Shown here piece by piece: positions 23,354 through 25,671 of a stretch of 25,671 nucleotides of DNA (positions are counted from its first letter, which is position 1; the number at the start of each line of letters is the position of its first letter). A program made the position numbers and the translations under genes. This stretch comes from a virus (taxonomy: Duplodnaviria; Caudoviricetes). The stretch is taken from the IMG/VR virus record IMGVR_UViG_3300048024_000020, positions 1 through 25,671 of that record, one strand, 5' to 3'. Below the pieces are notes generated by a model. It searched no databases. It had not been told where the DNA came from and saw nothing but the letters and a program-made list of their open reading frames with translations.

Positions 23354-25024
23354 ATGGAAATTCCAGAACAACTCAAGGACTTCAGAAACTTTCTGTTTGT
23401 CGCTTGGAAGCACCTTAACCTTCCTAAACCCACAGAAATACAATATGAAATTGCCGACTTCATGCAACATGGACCAAAAAGAGCCATCATTGAAGGATTT
23501 CGTGGTGTTGGTAAGTCTTGGATTTGCTCTGCTTACGTGGTGCACCAGTTGTTACTCGACCCCTCCAAAAATATCCTTGTGGTATCAGCCAGTAAGACAC
23601 GCTCAGACGACTTCAGTACGTTTACTTTAAGGCTCATACACGAGATGCCTATTCTAAAGCATCTTATACCTAATTCTTCTCAGCGATTTAGTAAAATATC
23701 CTTTGACGTAGGACCCGCCCCCGCCTCTCATGCCCCCAGTGTTAAATCACTAGGGATAACCAGTCAGCTCACTGGGTCTCGTGCCGATATAATCGTAGCC
23801 GACGACATCGAAGTCCCCTCTAACTCAGCGACACACGGGATGCGCTGGAAGTTAGGAGAACAAGTAAAGGAGTTCGACGCTATTTTAAAGCCTCTAGATG
23901 GTTCCAAGGTGATATTCTTGGGTACACCCCAGACCGAGGACAGCATATACAACACACTGCTTACACGCGACTACGTAGCACGAATTTGGCCCTCTAGATA
24001 CATTACTCAGTCCGACAACGAGACACAATACAACAACAACGTATCACCCCTTTGTGTAAACCTAGAGAAACGTGGGAAGTCTACAGAGCCTGTTAGGTTC
24101 TCCGACATCGACCTAGATGAACGGGAGCTGTCCTATGGTCGCTCTGGGTTTGCTATGCAGTTCATGCTTAACACGCGTAAGAGTGACTCTGACCGTTACC
24201 CCTTGAAGCTCTCTGAGTTGGTGGTGATGGACATTGACAACGAACTAGCCCCAGAGAAGGTCGTATGGGCACACAGTCCAGACCTAGCGTGGGATGGTAG
24301 TGTGCCTAATGTGGGCTTTAGTACCGACAGATACCATAGACCTCTAAAGCTCGTGGGTGACCACATAGCGTACACTGGGTGTGTGATGTCGATTGACCCC
24401 TCAGGACGAGGGCGAGACGAAACAGCTTGGGCTGTCGTTAAGATGCTTAATGGTTTTCTCTACGTCATAGACGCAGGGGGTATGCAGGGTGGCTATAATG
24501 ACGACGTTCTAAAGAGTCTTGCAATAAAAGCCAAGAAGTTCCGCGTGAACGAAATCGTCGTCGAAAGTAACTTTGGAGATGGGATGTTTAGCGAGATATT
24601 TAAGCCTATCCTTTCTAAGATTCACCCGTGTACCATTGGCGAAGTAAGACATAGTACCCAGAAGGAGAAACGAATCATCGACACCCTTGAACCGATCATT
24701 AACCAACATAGGCTCATCATCGACCCCAAGGTTATAAAGAGCGATTTTGAAACTGCCCAAGGGTACACCCAAGAGACCCAGTTGCATTACCAGTTGTTTT
24801 ATCAAATGAGTCGCCTCACTTCCGCTAGGGGTGCTATCAGTCATGACGACAGACTGGACGCGCTTAGCATCGCTGTCAACTACTGGGTTGAGCAAATGGC
24901 ACAGGATGCTGACCTCAAGATTACTGACAGGAAACGAGAGCTGTTAGACGAGGAGATGGCTAAGTTCACAGATGCCTTTTACGGGCGTTCTAAGGGGTCT
25001 AGAAGCGCTTACGTTTGGTCGTGA
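23354..25024 (+). CDS. gp19: Terminase large subunit, T7 gp19-like
   Basis: Walker A region GFRGVGKSWI, Walker B TGSRADIIVADDIE, LGTPQT, nuclease motifs IDPSGRGRDET, ESNFGDGMF and HDDRLDAL. Confidence 0.97.
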   Translation: MEIPEQLKDFRNFLFVAWKHLNLPKPTEIQYEIADFMQHGPKRAIIEGFRGVGKSWICSAYVVHQLLLDPSKNILVVSASKTRSDDFSTFTLRLIHEMPILKHLIPNSSQRFSKISFDVGPAPASHAPSVKSLGITSQLTGSRADIIVADDIEVPSNSATHGMRWKLGEQVKEFDAILKPLDGSKVIFLGTPQTEDSIYNTLLTRDYVARIWPSRYITQSDNETQYNNNVSPLCVNLEKRGKSTEPVRFSDIDLDERELSYGRSGFAMQFMLNTRKSDSDRYPLKLSELVVMDIDNELAPEKVVWAHSPDLAWDGSVPNVGFSTDRYHRPLKLVGDHIAYTGCVMSIDPSGRGRDETAWAVVKMLNGFLYVIDAGGMQGGYNDDVLKSLAIKAKKFRVNEIVVESNFGDGMFSEIFKPILSKIHPCTIGEVRHSTQKEKRIIDTLEPIINQHRLIIDPKVIKSDFETAQGYTQETQLHYQLFYQMSRLTSARGAISHDDRLDALSIAVNYWVEQMAQDADLKITDRKRELLDEEMAKFTDAFYGRSKGSRSAYVWS

Positions 25025-25201
25025 GACTCAGGGGTCGCTCTGGGTGTTTATTTGTGTTCTTAGGGCTTTAAAATCGGTCAGACGACTACGTCGTATACGA
25101 ACACCTGTTTTATACGCTAAGGGCGTGTCGAATTGACTAGGGACTAATATGGACGAATGATGACGAAGACGATAAGAATGACTTATATCTGTATTTTAGG
25201 C

Positions 25202-25320
25202 TTGACAAGGGTCAACTAAGGTATACCTATAAGTGTCTTAGAGTTTAGAGTTTAAAACGTCTACATCATCTAACTAAGGTCAATTAATGAGTTGACAAAG
25301 TAACACTCATAGACCTTAAT
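25202..25320 (+). promoter_or_regulatory. Possible host sigma70-type promoters or operator region
   Basis: Perfect TTGACA at 25202 and 25292 in an AT-rich non-coding stretch. The -10 boxes are poor (CTTAAT at 17 bp spacing for the second). Confidence 0.35.
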
Positions 25321-25362
25321 ACCTTTATATTAATACGTGTTGTGTTGTATTATATGTGTATA

Positions 25363-25403
25363 GGGGTCACTTTGAGTTCGCTTGGAGTGACCCTCTTTCT
25401 TTT
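25363..25403 (+). terminator. Long hairpin with UUCG loop followed by a pyrimidine/U tract; terminator or processing site
   Basis: GGGGTCACTTTGAG-TTCG-CTTGGAGTGACCCT forms a 14-bp stem including G-U pairs, followed by CTTTCTTTT. Confidence 0.65.
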
Positions 25404-25649
25404 ATGACTCCCTCAGATCAAATTATCGGACTTCTCGGTGAACACTTTAAAAACTATGTGCTCATTGTGCAGGACTACGACCACCCCCACCACTTTGTAA
25501 TGCACAAATCGGATGTGTTCGCCGCCTCTGGGCTTATTAACGAAGCTCAAAAAGAGCTAAACGCAGAGATTGACGCGGTTGCCGATGGTGCTTTTGAGTG
25601 GGTTGACTGGGATTTGTCAGACGACGACGAAGAAACCACGGATTATTAG
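25404..25649 (+). CDS. Hypothetical acidic protein downstream of the terminase
   Basis: ATG at 25404 gives 81 aa (MTPSDQIIGLLGEHF...WDLSDDDEETTDY). The longer GTG start at 25356 runs through the hairpin and is less likely. Confidence 0.6.
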   Translation: MTPSDQIIGLLGEHFKNYVLIVQDYDHPHHFVMHKSDVFAASGLINEAQKELNAEIDAVADGAFEWVDWDLSDDDEETTDY

Positions 25650-25671
25650 GTGCAAAAATGTGTTACCTTAA

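Noticed and set aside
1403-24895. All minus-strand ORFs and the nested plus-strand ORFs 3399-3608, 13631-13813 and 23397-23630
   Set aside because: They are shadows of well-supported structural genes with no recognisable motifs.
25331-25366. T7 promoter look-alike TAATACG...TATAGGG
   Set aside because: The two halves are 21 nt apart instead of 6, and no repeated phage-promoter consensus was found elsewhere in the window.

Overview
This window is the virion/morphogenesis (late) arm of a T7-like podovirus (Autographiviridae-type gene order). It is probably an uncultured aquatic phage, which is an inference. All real genes are on the + strand. In order: 3' part of a tandem LamG/ConA-like fibre-type protein, a small ORF, portal, scaffold, a cluster of tiny membrane/lipoprotein (holin/spanin-like) and very basic ORFs, major capsid protein, intrinsic terminator, a free-standing EndoVII-type homing endonuclease, tail tubular proteins A and B, a gp13-like GNAT fused to a cupin, three internal virion (ejectosome) proteins, tail fibre, two small membrane ORFs, TerS, a small HNH, TerL, and a structured non-coding tail with one acidic ORF. 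The most unusual features are: (i) an enzyme-decorated ejectosome module, with a GNAT-cupin fusion and HExxH zincin domains in both large ejected proteins; (ii) an endonuclease whose first usable start codon is buried in the capsid terminator; (iii) DNA-identical borders around divergent tandem lectin-like modules; (iv) strong avoidance of GCWGC, GGCC and CCGG alongside an excess of GTCGAC. Family assignments come from motif recognition and synteny only; no searches were run.
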